A stretch of DNA of 64,000 nt from Flaccisagitta enflata (GCA_965153355.1 OZ231126.1:37262001-37326000); one strand, 5' to 3'. Shown: positions 41,794-55,377, counted from the first letter of the stretch. Notes: generated from the letters alone by a model not told the origin. Numbers and translations: made by a program.

Positions 41794-44695
41794 GTAAGTC
41801 TTAAAAATTTTGGGGCCCAGGTTTGGTCCATCCCAACTACAATGCATATTTACTAATTCAACCAGTGTTCAAGTTGGGAAATTCAAACTCATTTGATTTG
41901 ATTTCAAACTGAAGACTTTAGGATTGTATGAGTTTGATTTTTTTGTTTCTCACAGAACTGAAGCATAAAGGTATCAAAGCGAGAAAAACCTAACTAGACA
42001 TCCAAGGATCGCACATGGTCAGCGGTACCCGATGCCCTGCTAGGAGTGATCAAATGAAGTATTGGAGTGAGAGCAGAGCAGCGGCCCTTAAGGGCCAATG
42101 TCCTGTAGGACACAGGGGGGAATTGCGAGACATCCTGAGGTATATCAGGTCTGAGAAGACGGATAGAGGTCATTAAAGGCGGATTTGAAGTCTGGAGGGC
42201 AAAATTTAGTCCTAGAGAGCATATTTAAGGTTATGGGGGCATGCTTGAGGTTTAGAGGACAAATTTGAAGCCTGCAGGGCAGATCGAGGCCTGGAGGGCA
42301 GATTTGAGGCCTGGATGGCGGATTTGTGGTCTGGAGGGCGGATTTGAGGTCTGAAGGGCAGATAAGAGGTCTGGAGAGCTGATTTGAGGTCTCGAGGGCT
42401 AATTTGAGGGCTCAGAAGGCCAAAATCAGGCCTGAAAGTGCAGATTGAGGCCTCAATGGCCAAGGGGGGGACGGACGGAAGGACGGACGGAAGGATGGAA
42501 GGATGGAAGGACAGACATCTCAAAATTCCCCCTGTGTTCTACAGGACATCGGCCCTTTAGGGCTGCTGTCTAAACAGTTGCACTCAAGCGCAGATACACT
42601 ATTTTTTTATATGAATTGACTCTAAAAACAAGGTCATTAGACCTAAGTCGCGTGCGTCGGCACTTTCAAAAGAGTCAGGCAGACAGTCAGACAGACATTG
42701 AAAAAAAAAGACATTTGAAGTGACATTTGAAATGCCCATAACCTTGGGGGCAAAAAAAATGGCGGATTTTTAAAACAGATTCTATCTACCTCAATCAAAA
42801 AAACTATTAAAATCGGTGATGGTTACAAAGCTCTTTGAAAGATCTTTCATTTGAGTCTTGTCTGGAAATCTTAACTCAAACGGTTTAGAAGTTTTGAACA
42901 TGACTGATGCTTTTCTGACCTGCCTGTACCTCTGCAAAAGGGGAAAAAAAAAGTAAAAATTTCAAAAAAATGATAGAGGATTCAGTCCAATTTCTACAAA
43001 ATTTTAGGTGGTAATTCAAGTATCTGTCATCTGATAGCAACCCAATTTTTATGCTACTCTGATGATTTCTACTAGGGTTCTCATAGTTTTATATTCTAGA
43101 TCTCAATAAAATATACTAAAACTAAAGTGGTTTGCTGTAGTTACATTTGTTTCACCGCAGAATTGGCAAATCCTATCATGTGTTATTCCAACTGAAACAT
43201 TATTCCCAGAGCTTCAAAACCATCATGAATTTGATATGATTTTTGTCAAAACTTGATAACAAAAATCCTTGAAAAAATACCATGTTGTTATGTCAGTGAT
43301 ACTCAGATTGCTTGAAAATTTTGAGATCTTTCTAATGATGAAAATGATAGAAAAAGTTTTCCGATTTAGAGAATCTTTTAGGAGCCGTTAGAGGAAGGTA
43401 TTCACAGCTTCCAGTTCAATTTTCATTCAAATCAGAGAATTTTTACTATGGTTTTAAGATGATATTTTTTAGGCACTCATTCTTGCCATGATGTCAGAGC
43501 AGAAAAGGAGTAGTCATGTTCAAACTGCTCTAGTTTCTAAACCATTTAAGTTAAAAATTCCAGACACAGCTCAAATGAAAGATCTTTTGAAGAGCTTTCA
43601 AACCATCACTGATTTTAATTAGTTTTTAGTCGCGGACACGCAACTCTACACCTTGCCGTGTCGGTCAGTAGGTCGGTATGTCGGTCCGCCCGTTGCTCCG
43701 TCCGTCCGTCACATTTTTGAATTCTGAGCGGTTTATGCATTACTGCTCCTGCCCAACCATCCGCGACTGGATTGCCGTGTATCCGGCCTTGTTATTAAAT
43801 TAAGATAGAATCTGTTTTGAAAAGTCTGCCATTTTTTTTGCCCCCAAGGTTAATCCTTTAAAATGTCTTTAAAACATTTTCTACATGACTTTGTGACTGT
43901 CTGAAGGACATATGGACATACAGACTGACGGACAGAAAAGTGGCTTTTAGAGTCGCGTAGCACGCAACTAAAAACATATAGAATTGAATCGAAAGACATT
44001 TATTGTAAATAAGATAGCGCAAACAATGCAGTGAAACATTTACAAGTGGTCGATATGAATTTGTTGCAAAGCAACGCAAATAACGGGTGGACTTTTAAAA
44101 AATAACTTTTAATTTTTTTATATCACTTTTAAAATTTCTCCTAAGTAAAAAAAATTTTCTTAGTTATTTAGATATGATAGTGCACATTATGTTCCATTAT
44201 GGATTTTTTTATGAAGATCAATATTTTTCAAGTTATCTTAAAAAAGAAAAAATGAATTAGGGACCACTTGAAAAATTTTGCTTGAAATTGAGTATAAAAT
44301 AGTGTTCTCACCAAATTTTGCGTTTAAATCGCAATAGTTGATTAAAAGTAGGTCTTTAGAAAGTATAAGCATCAATTTTTTTTAATAAAAAAAAAATTCA
44401 TATCCAAAACACTAATGATTATCAATCATAATTTTTTGTTATAGATAGGCAATAATGCCCAGAAAATTTTTTTTGATTGACCAAGCATAATTTGAATTTG
44501 TATATTATATTCATGTACACAAATTTAAAGGCTTATTTATTTTAAATGATCACATAATAGGCAATTAAGAATCATTTTCATATTATTGAGATAAACTGAC
44601 TACTTCTTTATGTCCACCCGGTACATTCCCTCCAAAAATAGGTATCAAAGTAAATCAGGGTTGTGGATGCTAAGTGAACGAACTAGCCTAATTAG

Positions 44696-44778
<83 letters not shown>

Positions 44779-45978
44779 CATTTGCTCTCTTTGTCTTTTA
44801 CTTGCTACATCAAGGGAAAAAAAAGGAAAATATATGAAGGACATATGAAGGCTTCAAATTACATGAAAAAAGATAGAATTGATATCTAAAATATCTAACC
44901 TTAGGTATAACCACAACAAGGCCGGATACACGGCACCCCAGTTGCAGACAGTTAGGCAGGGGCAGTATTGCGAAAACCGCTGGAAATTCATAATTATCAT
45001 TGATGGATGGCTGGTTGGACTAACCAACACGGCAAGGTGTAGAGTCGTGTGTCCATGACTTCAATACTTACAATTTCTTCAACGAATGGCTCACGCTCAC
45101 AAGTATTTGGAATAAACATTGTAAAGTTTAGAATGGTATCAGTTGTCTGCGCAGCTGCGGTTTTCCAAGTCAGAAATGAAAATACAACTCGACTAAAAAA
45201 AACTAGCCCAAAAGGGCAACAGTCGCGTGTGTCTAGAAATGACAAACAAAAGAGTAAAAACTAAAGTACCCAAAAACTGAAGTACCCTAAAATACCCAAA
45301 AATACTTAAAGTACTTCAAAGTACCCTAAAGTACCCCAAAGTACCCTAGAGTATCTAAAGTTCAGCTAAAGTACACCCCCCACCTGGACAGTGTCACAAA
45401 CAATCAGAAACCAAATAATAATAAGCATTAAGAAAGACAAATAAACAAGAGTAAACAAGAATAAACAACAATAAACAATCATAAAAAACAACTTATTATA
45501 CCGTCAAAGACCCAAAAAAGGCCTAAATTTAAAAAAGTTTGTAACCTACCGACTTATTGACCTACTAACCTACCAACCGACAGAGCAAGGTGTAGAGTCG
45601 CGTGCACGCAACTAAAAAAGACGCACCTGCTTATCTATTCATAAAACAGATACAAAAACAATTTTACCTTTTTTCAATTGAGACATCTTGAAAGCTTTCC
45701 AAAAAATCTTTCAATCTAGACCAATCCCAGGTATGTATCTCAAACGGTTCAGAAGCTAGAGCCCTGCAAAGACAGGCACTAATTTGCAAAAATACAATTT
45801 TACATAGGGATTGTAAAACTGGAAAGGGCAATGTTCTCTAAGGACGGAAGGACCAACGGACGGACCAATGGACCGATTGACCGACAAAGCCTCTTATACA
45901 GTTGCGTGTCCGCAACTAAAAAGAATAAAAAACTTTACCTCACCATCTCTGCTGACAATATTGCCTAACTTGACTCAG

Positions 45979-46091
45979 TTCCGCATGGACGTCCATCTTT
46001 GATACTGGAATTGCATGAGGGAAATTTGTTGTTTCGTCTACAAACAAGATTGATGTATAACCAATCAATGGTCGAATTCGAGACTTCTTTC
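45979..46091 (+). CDS. Gene B LamG2 exon b (PHGRPSLILELHEGNLLFRLQTRLMYNQSMVEFETSF)
   Basis: Same length (113 nt), phase (1->0) and similar sequence to 32770-32882; gactcag / gtaagt. Confidence 0.88.
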
Positions 46092-46777
46092 GTAAGTGGT
46101 TACAGTCATTCAGATTCATGTCAAAATGCGCATTTAGGGTAAAATCTTTTTTCATGCAGCTCTATAGTTCCCTTCAAAGATAAAGCCTTGATGGTGCTGT
46201 GAACAAATTTCCATGTCTCATTCTCATGTACACCTATGCTATAACCATCTCAAGTCATATTCTCCCATTGAATCCTCTGGGGGGAAAAATCATTGCCGCC
46301 TTTTGCCATGAAAATACTTAGATCAGCCTTTAGCTATGCTTCAAATGACCTTAACTTTAATTTTTCTATTTCAAAGCCCGGTTGTTACCGGAACAAGACA
46401 AAAACCACATGGAAATTTCACTGCAGCCTTGCAATTTCTTTCAAAAAGCAAAAAGTCGGGACTTGAGAATAAAATTGTTACCTCTTTTGCCTTTGATATC
46501 AACCAATGGGAGGACGTGGCTTGACACCCTTTTGAGCCAAGTTGTTAGATGCTTAACCAATGATAAAACGAGGACATTGCAGATTGCTTCAGATCATTGG
46601 AAATAGGCTTTACTGCCTTTAGACTAAATAATGAAAAATTTTCAACTGAAAAAGAAGAATTTGGTTTTAGAGAAATTAAAAAAATGAAGCATTTTTATTT
46701 TGAGCTATGCTAATTTTCCATTATCATACCTATTAAAACAAGTTAAAGTGATATCTGTAATTCAACAAAATAAGCTA

Positions 46778-47659
46778 CAGTGGACTACCTTATTTTCGTC
46801 ACCTGATTTAACGACATTTCGGATTTAACAGCCAAGTTTCTTTAGTCCCAAATTTTTATAGGCGTTTGTAATGTTAATTCTACTCAATTTAACAACACCT
46901 GATTTAACATCCAAACCTGATTTAAAGTCGCTATTTTTAAGTCCCATGGATGACCGTAACCTGATTTAGTGACATCAACCTCTTAATTGATAATTTTCTT
47001 TAACCTAAAATTTTTATCTCAATACTTATAGGTTTTGATATACTCTAAAGATGCAAAAAGGTCAAACATGAGGTCAAACATAAAGACATTTTATAACAAA
47101 GCCAGATACACGGCTACCCCAGTTGCGTGTGAGTAGGCAGGGGCCAAATTTGAGGTCACTTGAGCATTTAGGCAGGAGCAGTATCATCAAAGAATGAAAA
47201 TCATAAAAAAAGTAAAGTGTGCCCAATCAACGGATGGACGAATGGATTTTGTAAGGTGTAGAGCCATATAGCACGAGACTAACAATGATGCCATATCATG
47301 GACTAAGCGGTTTGAATTCAATTTTGTTTGAAACAATTTGATATAAAACTCATTACATATGATATTCAATGGGGGTTCATAAGGCCCTCTTCCAGTTATT
47401 TCAGTTTGGATATAGTGAGGTATTTTGTTCCATTTTTCATACAAATATGTTATACTTCTACTAATCTCTTAGCTTATGTGATGGTTTGTTGGCCGGTTAC
47501 ACAAATGCTATGTTGAGTATATACACAAACATATGAAAATATATTTCAAAACTTTCTTAACTAAATGTATCTAAAACTATAAATTCGATTTAACAACACT
47601 CGGATTTAACGACCAAAATTCCCCAGTCCCTTCAAGGTCGTTAAATCGGGTTCCCACTG
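46778..47659. mobile_element. pogo/Tigger-like MITE (CAGTGG termini, TA TSD) with nested insertions
   Basis: TA-cagtgg…ccactg-TA; repeated gatttaac subterminal motifs at both ends. Confidence 0.75.
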
Positions 47660-47846
47660 TAGTACCATTTGGAACAGGTTTTTTTTTTATTAAAATTTTA
47701 GAATTTTATAAAAAAGATCATGAATTATTGCAGATGGTTAATGAGCGGTTCTACCAACAAATGCCCTGTTCTTTTCAAACTGCAAATCTAAATCATAGTG
47801 CCATGCCGGTACTAGCTGCAATGAGCTTCCTGTCCTCATAATTTAG

Positions 47847-47930
47847 GCGTTTGCTGTTGGAAAAATGGCTTACGATAATAAGTGGCATTCCATCGAGGCA
47901 GAGATCTACAGGAAAAATCTCACGATCGAG
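47847..47930 (+). CDS. Gene B LamG2 exon c (AFAVGKMAYDNKWHSIEAEIYRKNLTIE)
   Basis: Paralogue of 34354-34437, 84 nt, phase 0->0; atttag / gag|gtaatg. Confidence 0.88.
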
Positions 47931-48557
47931 GTAATGAAAAAACGAGGCTGGACAGTAGATACACTACTACTTCAAACATGTGTCTGATAGCCAATCCAGG
48001 ATGAGAATGACATTACTCTGGGTTTTTAGTCGCGGACACGCGACTGTACACCTTGCCGTGTCGGTCGGTAGGTCGGTCCGTCGGTCCGTCGGTCGGTCCG
48101 TCACATTTTTGAATTCCAAGCGGTTTTTGCATTATTGCTCCTGCCCACCCATCCGCGACTGGATTGCCGTGTATCCGGCCTTGTTCTTTAGTTTTGCTAT
48201 GCTCATATGTGAACCATACAAGAACAATCAATTAGGAAATCTTCCCTGGAGGGATTTTTGAGTAATTCTCAAAATCAGAAAAAATTAGACCCATTTCCAA
48301 TGCAGATCCGACTGGGGTGTGTTTACTCAATTTTTGATTCCATATTCTTAATCCAAAAAAATTGTATAATACATGTGTTCAGTCGCGTGCAGGTGGACAG
48401 GGGCCATATTTAAGGTCACTGGAGCATCTGGGCAAGAGCAGTGAGGTCAAGAAATAAAAAAACATAAAAAAGTAAGATAGGATGGACCGACAGACCGACG
48501 GATGACCAGACGGACGGACAAAATGGGGTGTAGAGTCGCGTAGCACGCGACTTAAAA

Positions 48558-49100
48558 CTAGTCATCCAAGGATCGCACATGGTCAGCGGTACCCGATGCC
48601 CTGCTTGGAGTGATCAAGTGAAGAACTGGAAAGAGAGCAGGGCAGCGGCCCCAAAGGGCCGATGTCCTGTAGGACACAGGGGGGAATTTCCAGACGTCCT
48701 GAGATACAGATGGCTGATTTGAGGCCTGGAGGGCTGAAAAGAGGTCTTGGGGCAGATTTGAGCTCTGGAGGGCAGATCTGAGGCCTGGAGGGCTAATTTG
48801 AGGCCTTGAGGGCAGATTTGAGGTCCGGAGATCAAATTTGAGGTCAGGAGGGCAGATTTGAGGCCTGGAGGACAGATTTAAGGTGGATTTGAAGCCTGGA
48901 GAGTCATATCAAGGTCTGACAGAGCTTATTTCAGGGCATGGAGGGCAAAAAACAGGCCTGAGAGTGCTGGTTTGGGTCCTTGATGATCCTCGGGGGGGGG
49001 GGGGGGGACGGAAGGACGGAAGGACGGAAGGACGGAAGGACGGACGTCTGGAAATTCCCCCCTGTGTCCTATAGGACATCGGCCCTTTGGGGCCGCTGCC

Positions 49101-49104
<4 letters not shown>
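48558..49104. mobile_element. Family C inverted-repeat element with 21-bp minisatellite
   Basis: ~58-bp inverted repeats (48640-48698 / ~49043-49101) flanking gcagatttgaggcctggaggg units. Confidence 0.75.
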
Positions 49105-49164
<60 letters not shown>

Positions 49165-49190
49165 GTATTTCATTTCCCAAATCTTTGCAG

Positions 49191-49281
49191 GTGGATGGGA
49201 ATGAAAAAGTTGCGAAGTACAATTTAGCTGCGGTATCGAGTCACATTGGTGCCATTACTAAATACGTCGGAGGAATACCAG
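49191..49281 (+). CDS. Gene B LamG2 exon d (VDGNEK…TKYVGGIP)
   Basis: Paralogue of 34974-35064, 91 nt, phase 0->1; ctttgcag / g|gtcacc. Confidence 0.88.
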
Positions 49282-49554
49282 GTCACCTATTCGAACAGCA
49301 AGCTTGCGCTCAATTATTTCATGATACACGTGGTATAATTTGATGACCTTATTAACTTGACTAAAAAGAAATTAAAATATCCCTTTAAAAGCTATTTTGA
49401 TTGTATTTACCAATAATTATTAAAGGACCTCAGAGATTTGGCAAATGTCCTGAATAAGGAGTTAATATTCTGGAAAGTTTAGGCTGTACCGTGCAAATTT
49501 TCATGTGCACCAAATGGAAGGATTATCAGCAATACTGAGATTTTCTCATTGCAG

Positions 49555-49704
49555 ATAATCTCCGATCGAGTTGGCCTCTGGCACCAAAGAGTTCCGAGAA
49601 TTTCCGCGGCTGCATCAAAGACGTGATGATTAAAGACGATAAACATTACATAATCTGGGGTCTCGACGCTTCCAAAATTCACGATGTCGACATCTCTGGT
49701 TGCG
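49555..49704 (+). CDS. Gene B LamG2 exon e (…ENFRGCIKDVMI…DVDISGC); 3' end uncertain, may read through to the stop at 49841
   Basis: Paralogue of 35422-35610; acceptor ctcattgcag; possible donor g|gtcaga at 49705. Confidence 0.82.
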
Positions 49705-49869
49705 GTCAGATTCTAACCATGAAAATATCTCCAATGAAAAAACAATCCCAGTCTTCAGTTGCGGACACGCAACTCTATGAGAGGCTCTGTCCGTCCGTTG
49801 GTCAGTCCGCCCGTCCAACATGCTCGAGTTGTCAAGCTTGAGTTGAGAACACGAAAAACGCGTATTTTT

Positions 49870-52800
49870 GCTCTGGTCTTAAGTCAGATTCTTCCATAAT
49901 TCTTTCAAATTCTTGCAGTAGTGTTTTTATAGTTCTGCTTTTTCCTGTACCAGCAACTCCTAATAGTTTTACAAAAAGCGGTGGAAATGGCTTAGTGTGC
50001 TTTTTGCAGATGATACACTGTTGTATCCAGTCAATCACGGTGTTTAGGAACAACTTCTGGGTTGGATCAAGTTGTGAGGGATCAAAATTGGAGCTTGATC
50101 CATGCACTCCAATTTTTTCCAGAAGTTTCTTCTCAGCGTCTTTTGCCTCTCCAACAAGACTTGGATATAGAGGGCTCCATTTCTCTGTTGACCCATTGAA
50201 GATCAAATCTTGTTGGTCACTAAGTATCCTGATTTCCTCAACAACATCATTGTCCTCATCATAGACTGCTATGTCACTACCTTCGTAATCAAGTCCTTGG
50301 GGAGCCATGTGACCATATTCTTGATAGGCTTCACTGAACTTTGCAATTGGTGGAGGTATATTCTCCCTTGCTGGGCCCTTTTCATGTCCCATCAAGCCCT
50401 CTTTGGGATCTTGAGGATGTTCAGCAGTGTCACTATCTTCACTGTCACTATCAGTGTCATCATCATTTCTGTCTTGACACCTGGATGGGTCAGAGGATTT
50501 TTTTTTCTCCTTTTTTTTATTTGCCTTGTCAAATGCCTTTCTGACAAAGAATGTGCACTGATTTCCATCCTTGAATTTAAAAAACTCATCCCTGAGTTCT
50601 TTGCCACTAAGGTTATTAATCTCCTTTCTATTTGTGTATGTCTTGTATCCCAAAAGAACCATCATCATGTATTGATCAAATCTTGGGTTATTTTTTTCTT
50701 TTGGAGAAATGTAAGGCTTGAAGGTGATGATGGGTTGCTTTGTTCTAAGACATAGTGTTTCGGCACGCACAAAAAAAGCTTTGAGAAAGTCGAACAGGCT
50801 CAACCGCACAATTTTCTCATCTGTGAAACCTAGTAGCCAACTGGATTCAGGTACCTTGAAGGTTGTACGCTTTTCATAAACAGAAATTTCATCATCACGG
50901 ACCAGTTGAGGTTGCCCATCAGAATCAGCTTGTATTTCATTTGGAGAAACCAGTTTGTTGAGATGAGACAACAAGTTTACATCTTTGAATACTCTTGAAG
51001 TCATGTATGGTTTTAGCTTAAATAGATGAAAGTGCAATTCATTTATCGAAACCATACTATATTTGCATTGGTTGTTGAAAAACTGCGTTACTTTTTTGAA
51101 AACCTCTGCTTGGTTCATTGGAACCTCTGACCTACTAACATCATTTTTGGGGTCATTGGGGCGCCCACCATCATCTCTAAACCCCCTAAAGATATCAGCA
51201 TTGTCATCTTTTGTTACATATTTAGTACAGTAACGAAGCAATGCACCATATGTCAATATTGCCTGAAAGTCCATGTTGGCTTTTAGACAAAGCTGTGTGA
51301 CAATTTCATATGGGTTTATTGTTTGGCAGTTTCGTTCTGCAAGAAGCTTAAAAAGTACTCTGTACCTGTCTTTTTCTATCCGTTCTTTTCCAAACGAAAC
51401 CATATCTTTTGGAAAACCTTTATTGCAGTAATGATTGGACTTGTATGGATCGGAAAGTGCACTAAGAGCAGGTGTATTTGTTTTGGGTTTCTCTTTTGCA
51501 CATTTTTGGTTAGGTAATGGTGGTCCATATGGATCAGGCTTGTGAATATTGTGCTGCTGCACAGCCTCATGTAATTCCACAAGAAAAGAACGTCTCCTTT
51601 CTCTAACTGCCAAATCCTCTTCATTTAGATTTTCCTCATCTCGGGGAGTTCTTAGAATTTCATCCATTTCCTTCTTGGAGATTGAAGCTGGATGGGGCAG
51701 TGAATCTGACTCTGTTCTCAACGACTTACATGAGCCATCATCATTTTTTCCCAAGTTCCATTCACTAACATGAAGATTGAAAAAGTTTGCCACTTTTTGA
51801 ACCAACCTTTTTGAAAAGCTTTTCTTTGCTTCATATCTGTCTAAGTCAAATTCTTCCACGTGCTCGCTTTCAAAGTTCCACAAGATGCAATGCAAATGCA
51901 TCACGCCACCCCCGCCCCATTCGTAAAAGCAGAAGAAATCATCCAATTTCAATGTCTGCTTCATAAGATATTTCACAATTAATTCAATGTGAATTGCCGA
52001 GAAGAATGTAACAATGTGTTGATTTTCCATTGCAAGTTGCCGTCTCACTTTCACATCTTTCTCAGTGTCATGATGCCCAGTAATGTAATAAGCATAAAGT
52101 GATGAATGGAATGGGGCAGTTGTCAATGTAGCCCAGAAGCAAGGGATACGCCCTTCAATTGGTCTCTTCTGTTTTTCCCCCTTTTTTTGGGGTTCTCTGA
52201 GCTGAACCACTGGAGGAATGATTGTCATCGCTTGTTTGATTTGGCTCTTGCGTGTCTTTCCAAAAACTTGGAGGTCCATCATCTTCCTCGTCTTCCGATG
52301 ACCAATAGTCCTCAAACTCCTCATCCATCATAACTCTTTCATCTCTTGCCCTATTTGCAGTCCCATGTTGGATTTGATCAGTCATGTTCTCCACCTGGTG
52401 GCGCAGCATGTTTTTATATGCAGGTGTAGTTGGGAGTTTGGCAGTATGAGCTTGCATTTTTTTTCATGGTTCTGGGTTTATTCTTTGATAAAAAATCTGC
52501 CGCAGTGGGTTGTTCATACTTCATAAAGAATGACTTTGTTTTCAAAAGCTTTAGACGAAGCGATCTATTAAAGAGAAGATATAGGATACGAGGATGCTTC
52601 ACAAATCTGTAATCAAAGTAGAAATGGCAGTGTGTGGTGTATGCATCAAGAGGATCTTGGCCATTTTCATCTAAAGAGCGTAACCTATCTGCATATAGAT
52701 CCCCTACACCAGTTTGATATATCTTGGGGAAAGCAAATGCCAAAAGGTTGCACTCTCGCTCTGGAATGGGCCTGTCATCCCTGGTAGGACCTTCAAACAC

Positions 52801-53208
52801 CGGCATTGGGATTCTTCCCTTTTGACCAATAGATATCCCTGCAGATGGCAATTTTGGGTTCTGACTTGATTCACTAGCCTCACAATCGGCCCACATCTTC
52901 ACTACCTGCTTCTGAATTGTCAAACATTTTCCACTTTTTAGTGTTACTTGTAATTCCTCATCTATTATATCAATTAAACATGCAGTTTGACCTTGGTAGA
53001 CTCCACTCTTGAGCGTTACAATATCAAATTGTTGGAACTGTTGTCCTCTAGCAGATTGAATATGGAGATTAGAATTGTTAAATGGGAGCAATGCATCATT
53101 GATGACAATCAATTGCTCGCCATCAATTAAGGCAACAACAGCAGTCAAGCAACCAAATTGCACTGAGTTGATTTCAACTTCATCTCCTACTGTGAACTTC
53201 AGTTGCAA
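49870..53208 (-). mobile_element. Helitron (Helitron2/Helentron-like) Rep/helicase ORF with two frameshifts, truncated just after helicase motif I
   Basis: Helitron N-region motifs AFPKIYQTGVGD and RFVKHP, then LPTTPAY…ENMTDQI. Rep motifs PCFWATLTTA, EWGGGGVMHLHCILW (HUH) and YCTKYVTK. Pif1-type LLGVAGTGKS. Split over track ORFs 52414-53208, 52155-52457 and 49832-52324. Confidence 0.88.
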
Positions 53209-54422
53209 ATTAACTGTGTGATGACCGGATTGTGAAGTTTTTGAACCTGTTTATTACCATTTTGACTTTAAGCTACTCATTTTTGCTAGTTAATGACTGG
53301 TGGTTGAGAAAGGCCCTATGATTCCGGATATCGACACAAACTTTGTCAAGAACGATCAGAATGAGCAAAAGTGAAACGGCTTTTAGTTATGGACACAACT
53401 CTATAAGAGGCTTTGTCCGTCCAATGGCCAGTCCGTTGATCCATCTGTCCGTGAGCATGAGTCGAAAAGTAGGAAAGTGAGCGCTTTTGATGTTTGTGTG
53501 CTGTTGGGGGTGCATTTGGTCCAAATGGGGGTTGGATGCCCCTGCCCACCCATCTGCAACGATATTGTGACCCCGCGTCACTTGTTTGCGTTCTATTCTA
53601 TATGACTCATACAACACATTTATCAATAGGAAACTATTGATTTTTTGACAATTGACTCCTAGATATCTTTGGTGGCATATATCGTGATGGATATTGTTCC
53701 ACTTTTCATACATATGTCTTTCTTTATTTAAGAGTAAATGAAATAACTGATCATGGCACTTTTGTCACCGTCCTTAACAAGAAACTTTAATCACTAAACG
53801 TTTCAAATACCCAATACCTAACCCCTATGCCCCAAGTTTCCAGTTTAAGTATCTAAGAAACAAATGGGAAAACTATGGTTAATAAATGATATTCTCAAAA
53901 GCCCTATCTATTGAATAGACCAGTAATGGTTTGTTTATTGATTTTTTCATGGCCTTATTACATATAAACAAATCTAGCGAATTTTCTAGCTATAGAAAAA
54001 AATAATCTAGCGAGTTCCAGCGATTTTTCGGGCCCCAACTAGCGAATTTCTATAAGCTGGAGTTCCCACCAGAGGGCTATACGTCGATAGCCTATAATCG
54101 ATGTGATCAGAAGGGAGACTGATTGATACTATGATAAGTGGAACAATATCCCTCACTATACCCAAACTGAAAATATGGAAGAGGGCCTCAGAGCCCTCAC
54201 TGACTAGTTACTACGCATCACTCCTAGTTTTCCATTAAGCAAAACTAACTTAGCAAACCTCCATTCTGAGTCTAACCCAGTCATCACCTCCGGGTAACCT
54301 CAGCCTGGGAGACGAAGGCCAATCTCTCCGATACGGAAGGCATAAAGGATGGAAGCAGCCATTACCACCCTCTATCCAAGAAGAAACCACCATTACCGGT
54401 CGCGCGCGGGATATATTCCTAC

Positions 54423-55029
54423 CTTTGGCGCGAAGAGAGTGTTGTTCTTGAACGCCTGCGTGTACCAAAACGTCGTAACGCCGACGGGTTTCCGTTTCGC
54501 CGGCAAAAAAGCCACGCTCATCAATTTTTCCCTCTCCTCTTCCCTCGAAGTCTCCTCCTCTTCTTCAATCCGGTTTGTTTCCTCTTCCGTCGTTGCTGTT
54601 GTTGTTGCTGCTGCTGCTGTTGCTGTTGCTGCTGCTGTAGCTGTTACTCCTCCTCCTCCGCCATCATTGATACTGTCCGTGCTCATATTTTGAGAAGTCG
54701 TTCTTTTGCGTCTAGATTCTCGATGGAGTTTGTCATGGATGAAAGCGAGAATGGCTGAAGTGCGCTGGACAACTGCGGACGACGACGACGACGATGATGA
54801 CGACGACGACGATGATGACGACGACGACGACGATGAAGAGTTTTGTTGTTCTGCGTTGAGATTGATGGTGGCGACAGTTTTGGCCTGAGTGACGATTTGA
54901 GCCCAAGGCAAGTCGTCCACTGCCATTCCTAAATCCTCTAAAGCCATGAGACAGCCCGTAGATCGATAGCAATTCTCCCCTCCGAACGGAAATCGCCCCT
55001 CGGATGGGGAAAACATTGAAGCAGCCGCT
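54423..55029 (-). CDS. Large exon of unknown gene D (contains poly-Ser and Ala/Thr/Glu low-complexity tracts)
   Basis: 607 nt open, acceptor tttcatccctcag, donor aag|gtagga; GC-richer and codon-like. Phase linkage to upstream exons is unresolved. Confidence 0.55.
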
Positions 55030-55377
55030 CTGAGGGATGAAATAAAGGGCGGGGGTGGTGAGGAGGGATGAAATAAAGGGTAGGGACAGTGGCAGGAGGC
55101 TATGTGCACACATTGCATTACATAAATAGTTTCCAGTTTTTAAACCTTATTACTGTACTTTTATCTTTCTCCGTATCTATGTGTCTGCATCTGTGCCTAT
55201 GTTAATAGTTATCTGTGTTTGTACCTGTGTCCTAATCTGTAACTGTGTTCGATCTCTCACTCACTCACTCTCACTCTCTCTCTCTCTCTCTCTCCACTTC
55301 TCGGGATGAATAAGTCTTAGGGGTGATAGTAGTTGTTTTCCATGGGGTGTGACTGAGGTGCAAGGGGTGACTTTCAT

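Noticed and set aside
52190-52324. N-terminus of the track's 830-aa ORF as the true Helitron start
   Set aside because: Conserved Helitron motifs continue upstream in two other frames, so this segment is probably out-of-frame sequence ahead of a frameshift.
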